Shown here piece by piece: positions 21,145-31,893 of a stretch of DNA of 64,000 nucleotides; positions within the stretch are counted from its first letter, which is position 1; each line of letters starts with the position of its first letter. This DNA comes from an uncultured Methanoregulaceae archaeon. Lineage in GTDB: Archaea > Halobacteriota > Methanomicrobia > Methanomicrobiales > Methanospirillaceae. Made by a program: the position numbers and the translations under genes. The notes below the pieces were generated by a model. The model saw only the letters and a program-made list of their open reading frames with translations, did not search any database and was not told the origin of the DNA. Where the stretch lies: positions 384,001 to 448,000 of the forward strand of contig OY970061.1 in assembly GCA_963705255.1 (NCBI GenBank), written 5' to 3'.

Positions 21145-21327
21145 ATGTCAAAACGGGCAGTTGACATGGTTTTTCAGGCTACATATACCCTTACTGATCT
21201 CCGGGTCCTCCTCCGGGAAACAGCACCCCGTCATGAATTCAGTCCCGACCAGACGGCCGAAATACAGCGTCTTCTGGAAAATCTTGAGCGCCAGGTGGCC
21301 TCTCTGAAACAGGAGATGCTGAGATGA
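21145..21327 (+). CDS. Small helical protein coupled to pscS (SepCysSn / SepCysE N-domain-like)
   Basis: 60-aa helical ORF with a GGTGA RBS. Its TGA overlaps the pscS ATG (ATGA at 21324-21327). Confidence 0.6.
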   Translation: MSKRAVDMVFQATYTLTDLRVLLRETAPRHEFSPDQTAEIQRLLENLERQVASLKQEMLR

Positions 21328-22504
21328 GATGCGGGATGGGGATCGAAGCCCGCCAGGTCAACGAGCTCTTCATCAATATCGACCCGATCCAGGCCGGGGG
21401 AAGCTCACAGCCGATGCAATGAAGGCGGTCATCGCGTACGGGGATGGCTACTCGGTCTGCGACAACTGCCGCAAGCCCAACCGTCTCGATTATATCAGCA
21501 AGCCCCCGATCGCCGCTTTCCACAAGGACCTCGCGGACTGGCTCAATATGGACGCTGTCAGGACCGTGCCCGGGGCCCGGCGCGGGTTCCAGGCGGTAGC
21601 CCAGACGTATGTGGGTAAAGGTGATCCTGTCCTGCTCACTTCCCTCTCCCATTATACCGAGTTCCTCGCTGTGGAAGAGTCAGGAGGTATCGCCCGGGAG
21701 ATACCGGCTGATGAGCAGAAAATGATAACGGCCGACGCAGCCGCGGAGAAGATCGAAGACATCAGGAGGGAGACCGGCAAAGTTCCCGTTCTCGCCTTCA
21801 TCGACCACGTGGACTACCAGTACGGCAACATGCACGACATCCGGGCGATTGCGAAGGTAACACAACAGTATGATATTCCGATCCTGTACAACGGTGCCTA
21901 TACGGTTGGTATCCTGCCTGTCGATGGGAAAACCATCGGTGTTGACTTTGTTGTGGGGTCCGGGCACAAGAGCATGGCGGCACCGGCCCCGTCCGGGGTG
22001 CTGGCAGCGACCGCGGAGCGGGCAGCAGAAGTCTTCCGGACCACGTCAATTGTCGGGGACGTGACCAATCGGAAATTCGGGATCAAGGAGCCCGAGATGC
22101 TGGGCTGCACACTGATGGGGGCGACACTTGTCGGCATGATGGCCTCGTTCCCCCACGTAAAAGAACGGGTAAAGCATTTCGACCGCGAACTGGAGAACAA
22201 CCGGCGGGTGGTCGATGCGCTCCTCTCCATCGGGGGGACGCAGCTCCTCTCGGAATACCCGCGAAAACACACCATGACCCGGGTCGACACTACCGGATCT
22301 TTCGATACTGTCGCAGAAACGCACAAAAAACGCGGATATTATCTCTCATCTGCCCTCGAGGAAAAGGGGATCACCGGTGTCATCCCCGGCGCGACAAAAG
22401 TCTGGAAGTTCAACACGTACGGCACGACCCGGGTGCAGGCCGGGTATCTCGCGGATGCCTTCACCGCAATCGCGCGGGAGAACGGGCTATCAGTAAAGGA
22501 ATAA
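21324..22504 (+). CDS. pscS: Sep-tRNA:Cys-tRNA synthase (apparent frameshift in G-run 21396-21400)
   Basis: MRCGMGIEARQVNELFINIDPIQAGG joins KLTADAMKA..DGYSVCDNC. Also GSGHKS (PLP Lys) and MLGCT. Confidence 0.93.
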
Positions 22505-22613
22505 TTACTCTTTTAACCGGATATTTTTCAGGAATGTCCGATAGTGTCTTAAGATTTCATCCTTTGGTATTGGGTATCGCATTTGAATTTCAGATAAAAA
22601 TAGTAGAGATAAT

Positions 22614-22962
22614 GGCTTTGGAGAAATCATCGGTATTCGTTATAGACGCTCTTGGGGGAGCCTGCTGTTTCCGATGGGAAGGGCTGGAGAAGAACCGGCA
22701 GGTTCTTCGATCTCCGAAGAGGTCCATTAGGACCTTGAGGATAAGAAGAACTCGTCAGAGTTCTTCGTTTAAGTCGAAGGTCGGCTCACGCCTCCCTTCT
22801 TCTCGTCGAGGTTTTGAGAAACTTCTCCGATTTCCGAAGAGGTTCTTCAGGACCACGAGGATAAGGAGAACTCATCAGAGTTCTTCGACATGAGAGAGGG
22901 GGTCTCCTCATGAATACCTGAATTATACGTAATTTATTTGAAAATAGGATTTCTCCAGAGTC
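22614..22962. mobile_element. MITE-like element E4 with hairpin array
   Basis: TIRs GGCTTTGGAGAAATC / GATTTCTCCAGAGTC. Flanks gagataat/aagatatt match 6/8. An internal unit repeats at 120-bp offset (22711, 22831). Confidence 0.8.
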
Positions 22963-23052
22963 AAGATATTTTCATCTTATGATGATGAGCTCAGATCCCG
23001 TGACATACGATTTTTTTAAAAAGGTTTTCCGGATAGGTCCGGAAGATTAGGT

Positions 23053-24255
<1,203 letters not shown>

Positions 24256-24559
24256 GTGTCTTCCCTCTTCCCGTTCAGTATGCTGATTCCTGCACCTCTC
24301 GTCACCACACGGAGAAGATGCGGGTAAAACATTTCTACAATTCCCGGAATTTTTGTACGACGGGATACTACATAAAATGGAAGGAAAGTGTGTTCTTTAG
24401 TACTTGAATTTTTCATTTTTCAAGAAATAGACATCCAACCAATCATCCGGCTGATCGGGAAGCATATACCTTCAGGTAATTTCATAACCTGTGGTGCCCT
24501 ACGGTTCGATTATCCGGACTGGATGACATACCCGCTCTTTATGGAGTAATGATGCTGCA

Positions 24560-26039
24560 ATGCTGGAAAAAATTGACCTGACGAAGACTGTGAGCGATAA
24601 AGAGTTCAATGAGGCTCTTCCCAAACTGAAAGCGCGACTGTCAGTTCTCCAGCGGACGCTTCGCGACAGGAAAATCCCGACGATTATCATTATTGACGGG
24701 TGGAATACCGCGGGAATTACCATGTCGACTCACTCAATTATCCAGTCACTCGACCCTCGCGGGTTCACCCTTCATGCCACAGGGAGGCCTACTGAAGAAG
24801 AGAAGGAGCGTCCGTTTATGTGGAGTTTCTGGATACAGACACCCGCCCGGGGCCGTATCGCGCTCTTCGCGCGGAGCTGGTACAGCAGGGCGATAACAAC
24901 AGAGATGCAGAAATCCGGCTGGAAAAAATCCCTGGAAGGCAAATCTGGTCCCATAAATAATTTTGAACGGACTCTGGCTGATAACGGCGCAGTCATCATC
25001 AAGTTCTTCCTGCACATCGACAAGGCGGAGCAGAAACGGCGACTGGAGGAGAGGGAACGCAACCCTCTCACGGCCTGGCTTGTTACCCCGCTTACCTGGA
25101 ACATCCACTATCATTATGAAGACTCGCTCCCGTATATCGACCAGTTCCTTGAGAAAACAGATACGCCATATGCTCCCTGGCACGTAATCGAAGCCACTGA
25201 TCGGAACTATGTGATCCTGAAAGTTTACTCGATACTGGTAAAAACCCTTGAAAAACGGACCGAATCCGTAAACGACTCCAAGTCGAAGAAAGAGAGACTG
25301 AGGGAACCCGTCCTCCCGAAAAAGAACCCGGTAAAGCGGATATGTGTTCCTGAAAATACCTGTACCAAAGAGGAATGCCAGCAGACGCTCAGCAATCTCC
25401 AGATCGAGATGCTCGAATTGCACTACCTCATTTTCAAACGGAAGATCCCGCTCATCATCATGTATGAAGGTCTGGGATGCAGCAGGAAAAGGCGGAAATA
25501 TCACGCGGATTGCCCGCTACATGAACCCGCTGGGCTATGATGTGATCCCCATTGCAGCACCGGACGAGACCGAGAAGGACCACCATTATCTCTGGAGATT
25601 CGTCCGGCACTATCCCCGAGCGGGGCATGTCGCCATCTATGACCGCAGCTGGTACGGGCGGGTGCTTGTCGAACGGGTCGAAGGTTTCTGCTCAACTGCC
25701 GAATGGCAGCAGGCCTACCACGAAATCAACGACATGGAAGCCGATTACGTACATTCCAGCGGGGGGGGCATCGTCAAGTTCTGGCTGGAGATCAGCAAGG
25801 AAGAGCAGCTCAGGCGCTTCCAGCAGCGGGCAAACGATCCTGAAAAGATCCACAAAATTACTGAAGAAGACTGGAGGAACCGGGAGAAGTGGGACCTGTA
25901 CGATGAAGCCATTGACGAGATGCTGGCACGGACGAACACGGAGATCGCCCCATGGACGGTCATCGAGTCCGATGACAAATGGTATGCCCGGGTCAAGGCA
26001 TTGACAACCGTCATCGACTGCGTGAAAAATCTTCTCTGA
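24560..26039 (+). CDS. Two-domain polyphosphate kinase 2 / polyP:AMP phosphotransferase (apparent frameshift near 25471)
   Basis: Tandem PPK2 domains. The C-domain has EGWDAAGKGG and DRSWYGRVLVERVEG; the N-domain P-loop is degenerate (DGWNTAGIT). Confidence 0.88.
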
Positions 26040-26129
26040 ATATCCGCCGGTCAAAAACCCTGGTGGAGTCCGTACTTTCCTGCATTCAGGATCACTTCCC
26101 GGAATTCCCCAGAAGTGATAATGGCGACG

Positions 26130-26378
26130 GAGGGACGCATCCGGAAAAATTCCGCCCACCCCTGTTGTGTGCCAGGCGGGGCTCTTTACCCAAACGGGGG
26201 CCGGAACTTGCGATAACCGGAAGGAGCCCGGTCCTGCAGAACCCTCTCCTGTCGCCGATGCGGTCGACCCTGTATTCAGGAGGGCAGACTGTGCAGCTTC
26301 TCAGCAGCGCGAATGCACGGTCAGCCCGCTCTTCGAATTCGCCGGATTCATAAAGGCAAGATATCCCGGTTTTTCCAT
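26130..26378 (-). pseudogene. Truncated PflX-like radical SAM gene remnant
   Basis: MEKPGYLA/LYESGEFEERADRA..SCTVCP..GFCRTG..GPRLGKEP..FSGC; similarity ends at the first Cys of the expected CxxxCxxC. Confidence 0.7.
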
Positions 26379-26454
26379 GTCGTTCACTGCAATCCGCTGC
26401 CGGAACAGGATAAACAAAATCGTAGAGCATTTCCGGTCAGGGTAGGGGTTTATG

Positions 26455-27672
26455 CTATCCTGTCGGTGTGATCACGCCGTTCTGTGCTTTTACGAACCGT
26501 ACAGACTCACAGGTTTGTTCGGTAATCCTGTCAACCTTCATGGCCTGCTCGCACTCCAGGATCTCTTCTAATATGGCAGCTGTCGCCGGCATCCGGGGGA
26601 CTGCACGGCAGGCAAGATCACCCGGGTGGGGATCAAAAGTCCCGATCCTGCGGGCAAGCCCGATCGTCTCTTCCTTGTCATAGGTAATAAGGGGACGGAG
26701 GACCGGTACGGCGACCGCCTGGGAGATCACGGACAGGTTGGCAAGGGTCTGGGATGCGACCTGCCCGAGGTTCTCTCCGGTGACTATTGCCCGGGCCCCT
26801 TCCTTCTGCATCATGTATGCCGCGACCCGGTGCATGAACCGTTTGCAGATTACACAGCGGTAGCGTGCGGGAGTCCGGAGCCGCTGCATCTCGTCAAAGA
26901 GCGGTTCGCTGTCGGCAATTATCATCGAAAGTTCGTAACCGGGACACCAGAGGGAGAGTCTGCGGTGGTTCTCGGTTGCAGCAGGGGTGACGTCACAACC
27001 CGCCCACCGCCCGGCATCAAGGTACAGGTGGGTGATCTCGCACCCCCTTTTCATCGCAAGCCACGAGGCGACCGGGGAGTCAATACCCGCAGACAGGAGT
27101 ACCAGGACCCGGCCCTGCGTACCCAATGGCAGCCCCCCGGGGGCTTTGATCCGGGAATCATAAACCAGCCCGCCAACATCACGGACTTCCACAAAGATCT
27201 CATACTCCGGGCAGTTCAGGTCGACCCTGAGGCCGGGGACCCGGTCATAGATAGCAGAACCGATCAGGGTTCCCAGTTCCTGGCTGGTCAGCCCCGTTTT
27301 CAGCTGGCGTTTGGCCCTGACGGCAAAACTCATGCCAGCTGACAACTGTTTAGAAGCGAGTGTTACTGCCGCAGCAGTGAGGTCTTCAGGACTGCTGCCT
27401 GTCCGGGTGCAGATGCTGACATCGACGACCCCGAATACGCGTGCAACGATCCCTGCAATTTTTTCCGGCTGGTCACCGAAGATGAGTATGCGGCCGCGGG
27501 GGGTCTCGTAATGGGCAGAGAGCCCGTGGGCGGAAAGTGCATGACGAATGTTGCGGAGGAGCATGCCGATAAAGTGGTATTTGACCGGTTCGCTTTTGAG
27601 GAACAGCTCCCCATACCTCACCATAACCGGGTTTTTTACGCCCCCCGCGCCGCAATTATCAGCTGCTGCCAT
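26455..27672 (-). CDS. thiI: tRNA 4-thiouridine synthase (methanogen type)
   Basis: VRYGELFLKS, THUMP domain, LLSAGIDSPVA PP-loop, RCVICKR, GENLGQVASQT and RPLI. Confidence 0.92.
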   Translation of the reverse strand: MAAADNCGAGGVKNPVMVRYGELFLKSEPVKYHFIGMLLRNIRHALSAHGLSAHYETPRGRILIFGDQPEKIAGIVARVFGVVDVSICTRTGSSPEDLTAAAVTLASKQLSAGMSFAVRAKRQLKTGLTSQELGTLIGSAIYDRVPGLRVDLNCPEYEIFVEVRDVGGLVYDSRIKAPGGLPLGTQGRVLVLLSAGIDSPVASWLAMKRGCEITHLYLDAGRWAGCDVTPAATENHRRLSLWCPGYELSMIIADSEPLFDEMQRLRTPARYRCVICKRFMHRVAAYMMQKEGARAIVTGENLGQVASQTLANLSVISQAVAVPVLRPLITYDKEETIGLARRIGTFDPHPGDLACRAVPRMPATAAILEEILECEQAMKVDRITEQTCESVRFVKAQNGVITPTG

Positions 27673-27784
27673 GTTCTCTGTAGTATATAAAAGTCAAGGG
27701 AGATAACCATTGGCGGCAGTCCCGGTCGGAGGAAACCGGGACAGGTTCTTCCGGGTTCTTATTCCACAGTATAGTGCAGACAAC

Positions 27785-28082
27785 GGCTTTGTAAAAATCA
27801 TCGATATTCGTTGTGGACGCTCATAGGGGAGACTGCTCTTTCCCGAAGGGAAGAGCAGGCTGGAGAAGAACCCGGTGGGTTCTTCGTTTAGATCGAAGGT
27901 CGGCTCACGCCTCCCTTCTTCTCATCGAGGTTTTGAGAAACCTTTCCGATTTCCGAAGAGGTTCTTCAGGACCTTGAGGATAAGAAGAACTCATCAGAGT
28001 TCTTCAACCTGAGAGAGACGATCACTCTCATAAACGGTGAATATGAGCGAATCACACGATAAAATAGGATTTCTCCAGAGCC
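27785..28082. mobile_element. MITE-like element E5 with perfect 8-bp target site duplication
   Basis: CAGACAAC at both 27777-27784 and 28083-28090. TIRs GGCTTTGTAAAAATC / GATTTCTCCAGAGCC. The interior is a close copy of E4 minus one module. Confidence 0.85.
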
Positions 28083-28127
28083 CAGACAACAAAATCCTTT
28101 AATCACGAGAGGGAATAGTGTACTGAA

Positions 28128-28762
28128 ATGGCGAAAAAGGCGAGCAAAAAAACCGAAGAGGAACCGCTCAGGTTATTCTATATCTTTTACAACCAGGAGC
28201 GCTGGGACAACTGGCTGAAAACACTTCAGGAATCAAGTTTCGAGATCGACCCGAAGAGCGAGGAACTCCCGGAGGGGTTCCGGGTGCTGGACAGTTTCTC
28301 TGTTGATATCACCCTTGAGGTTCTGAAGATCATCAGACTCTACCAGAACAAGCGCTTCGGCCGGGAAGAGACTCTGGACAAGCTCTCTCAGGTGGAAGCG
28401 ATTGTCATGTCGGACCGCGCCGGAAGGCGATCTTGAAGAGATCGTCGAGATCCTCCAGCTCCCGAAGCTCGCGCTCTTTGCCGGGAGCCGGAAGGTACCT
28501 TGAGGGAGGTTTCGACAAGGATATCAAGACCCTCGTGAAAAAGGGACGGGATCAGATAGGAAAAGATATGGAAGCCGCACTTGAATCGGCAGCAAGCATC
28601 GGAGCAAGTGTTATTGACGGTGCAGCCTGCTGCGGGAAGTACGTGAAGGATGACCTCGAGAACCCGACGCTCTTTGACGAGTGGCTCATCGAATGCGAGC
28701 GCATGAGCGAGGCAATGACCTCCCTGAAGAACTTCGATGAGTCGACGGGAGAAGACGATTGA
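28128..28762 (+). CDS. DUF2150 family protein (two apparent frameshifts, ~28414 and ~28490)
   Basis: FYNQERWDNW start; reconstructs to ..APEGDLEEIVEILQLPKL..YLEGGF..IGASVIDG.. Confidence 0.75.
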
Positions 28763-29211
28763 TTGCTGACCGGGCACGGTTCCGTCACGCAAAAAAACTT
28801 GAACGCCTCGCCGGCTATCGTCTTCCCGAGCTTGCGTTCTCGGGAAACATGCTTGAGACCCTCTGCTCGCGGCTCAATTACGATGCGCTTGACTTCGCGG
28901 TGAGGGAGCAGATCCTTGCTTTTTTCAATGATTTCCTGCGCTGCGACTGCAGGGAATCCCCGCTCTGCGGCTGTCCCGAGAAAAAATTTGCCCGGAAGGT
29001 GATCGAGCTCCGCGAGAACGGGCTGGATCACCGGCAGATCGCGGCGTTTCTGCTGGATGAATATGGTATCGAAGTATTTCCTGCAGATATCCTTTCGTTT
29101 CTTGAAGAGTCCGTGCATGTGCTTGAGGCCATCTCAGATGTGGCCCGGCTGCAGGGCATGGACGGGCTGGCGAAAAAGACCGATGATACCATTCGCCTGA
29201 TCGAACGGTAA
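28759..29211 (+). CDS. DUF5814-like protein
   Basis: DFLRCDCRESPLCGCPE..ELRENGL..YGIEVFPADILSFLE; TTG start overlaps the upstream stop. Confidence 0.7.
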   Translation: MIADRARFRHAKKLERLAGYRLPELAFSGNMLETLCSRLNYDALDFAVREQILAFFNDFLRCDCRESPLCGCPEKKFARKVIELRENGLDHRQIAAFLLDEYGIEVFPADILSFLEESVHVLEAISDVARLQGMDGLAKKTDDTIRLIER

Positions 29212-29239
29212 TGGGTCCCCCTGGCGAACGCAGGACATT

Positions 29240-29408
29240 TTCTCCACACACAACTCACCGGTTTTCCGCTGTCCAGGGTTATTTTTGCATGGCACCGGGG
29301 ACAACCTCCTCACCGCATGCCGGGATCGCTGGAGAGACAAAAGGCGGCTTCCCATGTACGTCCATGCATGACTGCACGGTGGCAGGTCCTCGTGTACTGG
29401 TATTCCAT
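29240..29408 (-). CDS. Putative zinc-finger microprotein broken by two indels (3' end uncertain)
   Basis: Reconstruction across frames: MEYQYTRTCHR/CSHAWTYMGSRLLSLQRSRHAVR/CPRCHAKITLDSGKPVS. A TATA-like stretch lies near 29500. Confidence 0.45.
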
Positions 29409-30058
29409 AATCGCACAACGGCAATTCGTTGACAGTAAGAGCGTCCGGAAAGGGTGTGAAAGTGAAGGCACCAGATCCCCAGGCCTCGCTAAGAGTATAT
29501 ATTGTCCCATCCGGTGCCGCAGGATTATCACGGTGAATTCACTCCTTTTTCCTCCCGCCCCCAGTCCCTTGTGAGGATTGCTCATCCCCCTTCAACGTTC
29601 AGCTCGATCCGGTTTTTGAGCGCCCGGGCATGCAGGGCGTGATCAGTTTTCCGGTCATCACATGGAGAGATCTTTTGCCATCTTCAGGATCAGTTTCACA
29701 GGTAGCGATGAAGTCGGCATAGTTGGTAAGCGCGGTGACAAGCAGATCCGGCAGGGTATCGATGAGTGTTCTCTCCGGCTTTCGGCCCTTTTTGACAGAG
29801 AAACTTTTTTTGCTATCCTTGTTGCTGTGCCATATATGAAAAATGGAAATACCAGACAATGATAGTTTCAAGATCCCGCGGGCCTGTCTCGCACGCGTTA
29901 CCGTCTCACGAAAAAAAAATGTGCCTGTAAACTTCTCATGGTTGTTTCCGTCCCGTTTCCATTTACTGGATTATCTGAACGAAAAGATGTCGGATCTTGT
30001 TTTCCCGGCCGGGAGATCCCTACCGACAGTTCCTTACACGACCCGCGAATTTGCATGA

Positions 30059-31534
30059 CTAGCGGAAGTGCCGTTTATAATAATCCACGAGCGCCTTGTC
30101 CGCGATCTGGCGGGTCTCGGCATCGACCCGGATAAAAAAGTATTCCTCGTCCTGGACACGCACAAAAACCCCTTCACCGGACTTTTTTATCTCCAGCCAG
30201 CAGAGCGTCGTATCCTGAATTTTCGGGAACTGTATCCGGATGAATTCATTCATGTTATGAAAAATTTCCGGCGGAAGGTATTTTCGTATGACTTCGTCGA
30301 CGATCATCCTGCGGTAACCGTCCGTTGTCGGGTCCTTCAGGTTCGAATACTCGGCTTCTATCCCGGCGATCTCGTTTCTCATGCCCTTTTTGTTCTCCTT
30401 TATGCCGATGATGAGGTTCCCTCCTTCGGTATTGAGGAAACCCGCAAGGGTTTTGGCAACGATGAATTTGGACGTATCCCTGCCGAACTTGTGTACTTCC
30501 CGAGACTCACTGGCTGAGATATCCGCTTTTGTAAAAGATTTGCTCCAGAGCGTGCTCGTCTTGTATTCAACGAGCTCGTTCTCGCCTTCCGTGACGAGAC
30601 GGTGAAACTCTTCACTCCCCGGGGAACCGTTATTTTCCGGCAGTCCGTCACGGGCGATGCCTGGGGATCGAATCGTTTTACCCTGTTTTTCATCGTCAGT
30701 GAGGATCGTCCGGAAACGCGAGTACGCCTTCGCAAAATCCTCATTATCCGGTTCAAGTTTCACCGCCTCCCGGTATTCATGGAAAGCATCAACGAGCAGG
30801 CCTTTGATGACAAAAGCATCTGCCAGTTTTTTGTGGACTTCTGCATCTTCCGGATCGAGTCGCAGGGCAGCCCGGTATTCCGATATCGCTTCGTCGGCAA
30901 AATTGGAGATAAAATAGATATCTGCCAGTTTCCAGTGAAATGAGGGATTTTTCGGGTAGATGCGCAGTGCTTCGCGGTAATTTTCCACAGCCTCGTTCAG
31001 CAATCCCTTCTCAAAAAAGATCTGGCCGAGGATACTGTACGGGTGTGCGCGGGACAGCGTAAATGCATCATCGTTCCGGGCTGATGGTTCAAGGCCGGCA
31101 AAAATTTCGGCGCACTGCCGGAAGAATTCCTGTGTTTCGGAAAATGACCGTTTTTTCTGGAAGATGGAGAGGATCTGTTCCGAGAAATGGTACAACATTC
31201 CTGGTTCCCTCCGGATTGCCTCGTACAGAATCGGTACTGCCTCACAAAACCGGTCCTGTTCCATCAGGACGAGCGCCAGCCAGTACCTTGAATTGCCATC
31301 GAGCGGATTTTTTTTGATCGCACAGGAAAATTCTTCGATTGCCTCGGCATGCAGTTTTTTTCCAAGCAGGGAACGCCCAAGGTAATGATGAATGCCGGTG
31401 GTTTCCGGGTCCAGATCGAAGACTTCCCTGAACTTCTGGATTGCCTCATCGGTCCTCCCTGTTCTGGAGACAGAGGAGCCCTTCGTCAAATCTGGATTGA
31501 ATGGTATCCGGCATTGTGTAATCCTCTCAGGCAA
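30059..31534 (-). CDS. TPR-repeat protein with C-terminal Schlafen/AlbA_2 domain
   Basis: Multiple TPRs (EAIxEYRxALxLDP). The C-terminus has EGENELVEYKTS, KTLAGFLNTEGGNLIIGIKE and FFIRVDAET. Confidence 0.85.
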   Translation of the reverse strand: MPERITQCRIPFNPDLTKGSSVSRTGRTDEAIQKFREVFDLDPETTGIHHYLGRSLLGKKLHAEAIEEFSCAIKKNPLDGNSRYWLALVLMEQDRFCEAVPILYEAIRREPGMLYHFSEQILSIFQKKRSFSETQEFFRQCAEIFAGLEPSARNDDAFTLSRAHPYSILGQIFFEKGLLNEAVENYREALRIYPKNPSFHWKLADIYFISNFADEAISEYRAALRLDPEDAEVHKKLADAFVIKGLLVDAFHEYREAVKLEPDNEDFAKAYSRFRTILTDDEKQGKTIRSPGIARDGLPENNGSPGSEEFHRLVTEGENELVEYKTSTLWSKSFTKADISASESREVHKFGRDTSKFIVAKTLAGFLNTEGGNLIIGIKENKKGMRNEIAGIEAEYSNLKDPTTDGYRRMIVDEVIRKYLPPEIFHNMNEFIRIQFPKIQDTTLCWLEIKKSGEGVFVRVQDEEYFFIRVDAETRQIADKALVDYYKRHFR

Positions 31535-31769
31535 TCCTCTACTCCCGGACCCGCGGGCCGACCGGAAAACGTGCGTTCGAATCAGTTACAGGGTAAATTC
31601 CTGTCAGGTGCGCATGCAACCCGTTCTCCTGACATTTCATTACGATGCCAATCTATTAGAAATGTATCGGCAGAAGCGCCGGAGAAGAATAAAGGACAGG
31701 TACGCCCGTTACGAGCCGGGATCAGGAAAAAAATTCCGGGAGCCGTAGAACGGGGAGCTCTCTTACCTG

Positions 31770-31824
31770 AATGACTTTCATGGTTCCTGGATGAATTCTT
31801 ATTCATGTCTGGTTCTCCAGAGCC
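31770..31824. repeat. Right end of MITE-like family (E6)
   Basis: TTTCATGGTTCC..TGAA..TCATGTCTGGTTCTCCAGAGCC aligns with 8164-8214. Left end not identified. Confidence 0.6.
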
Positions 31825-31893
31825 ACAAGAACATCAGCTCCCGGAGAAAATGAAGTGCCTGAATTTGCACGTGGTGCTTCCGCGCCCGGAACC

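Noticed and set aside
21396-21400. Programmed frameshift or phase variation in pscS
   Set aside because: A 5-G run is short, and the window has many similar indels best explained as sequencing error.
22686-22890. Possible CRISPR mini-array (palindromic repeats)
   Set aside because: Intervening sequences are themselves repeated in E5, spacing is irregular, and there are no cas genes.
22534-22893. 119-aa ORF with a repeated LRxPKRxxRTxRIRRTxQSSS peptide
   Set aside because: It is a translation of the hairpin repeat in E4; the E5 copy gives no equivalent ORF.
24560-25300. Degenerate P-loop in the first PPK2 domain
   Set aside because: An inactive N-terminal domain is already known for two-domain PPK2 enzymes.
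29599-29871. 90-aa minus-strand ORF downstream of the TPR-Schlafen gene
   Set aside because: No convincing start or motif; it may be a remnant but cannot be supported as a partner gene.
31705-31770. GAGCCGTAG.. resembling group II intron domain V
   Set aside because: No complementary 3' arm for a domain V stem and no intron-encoded protein.
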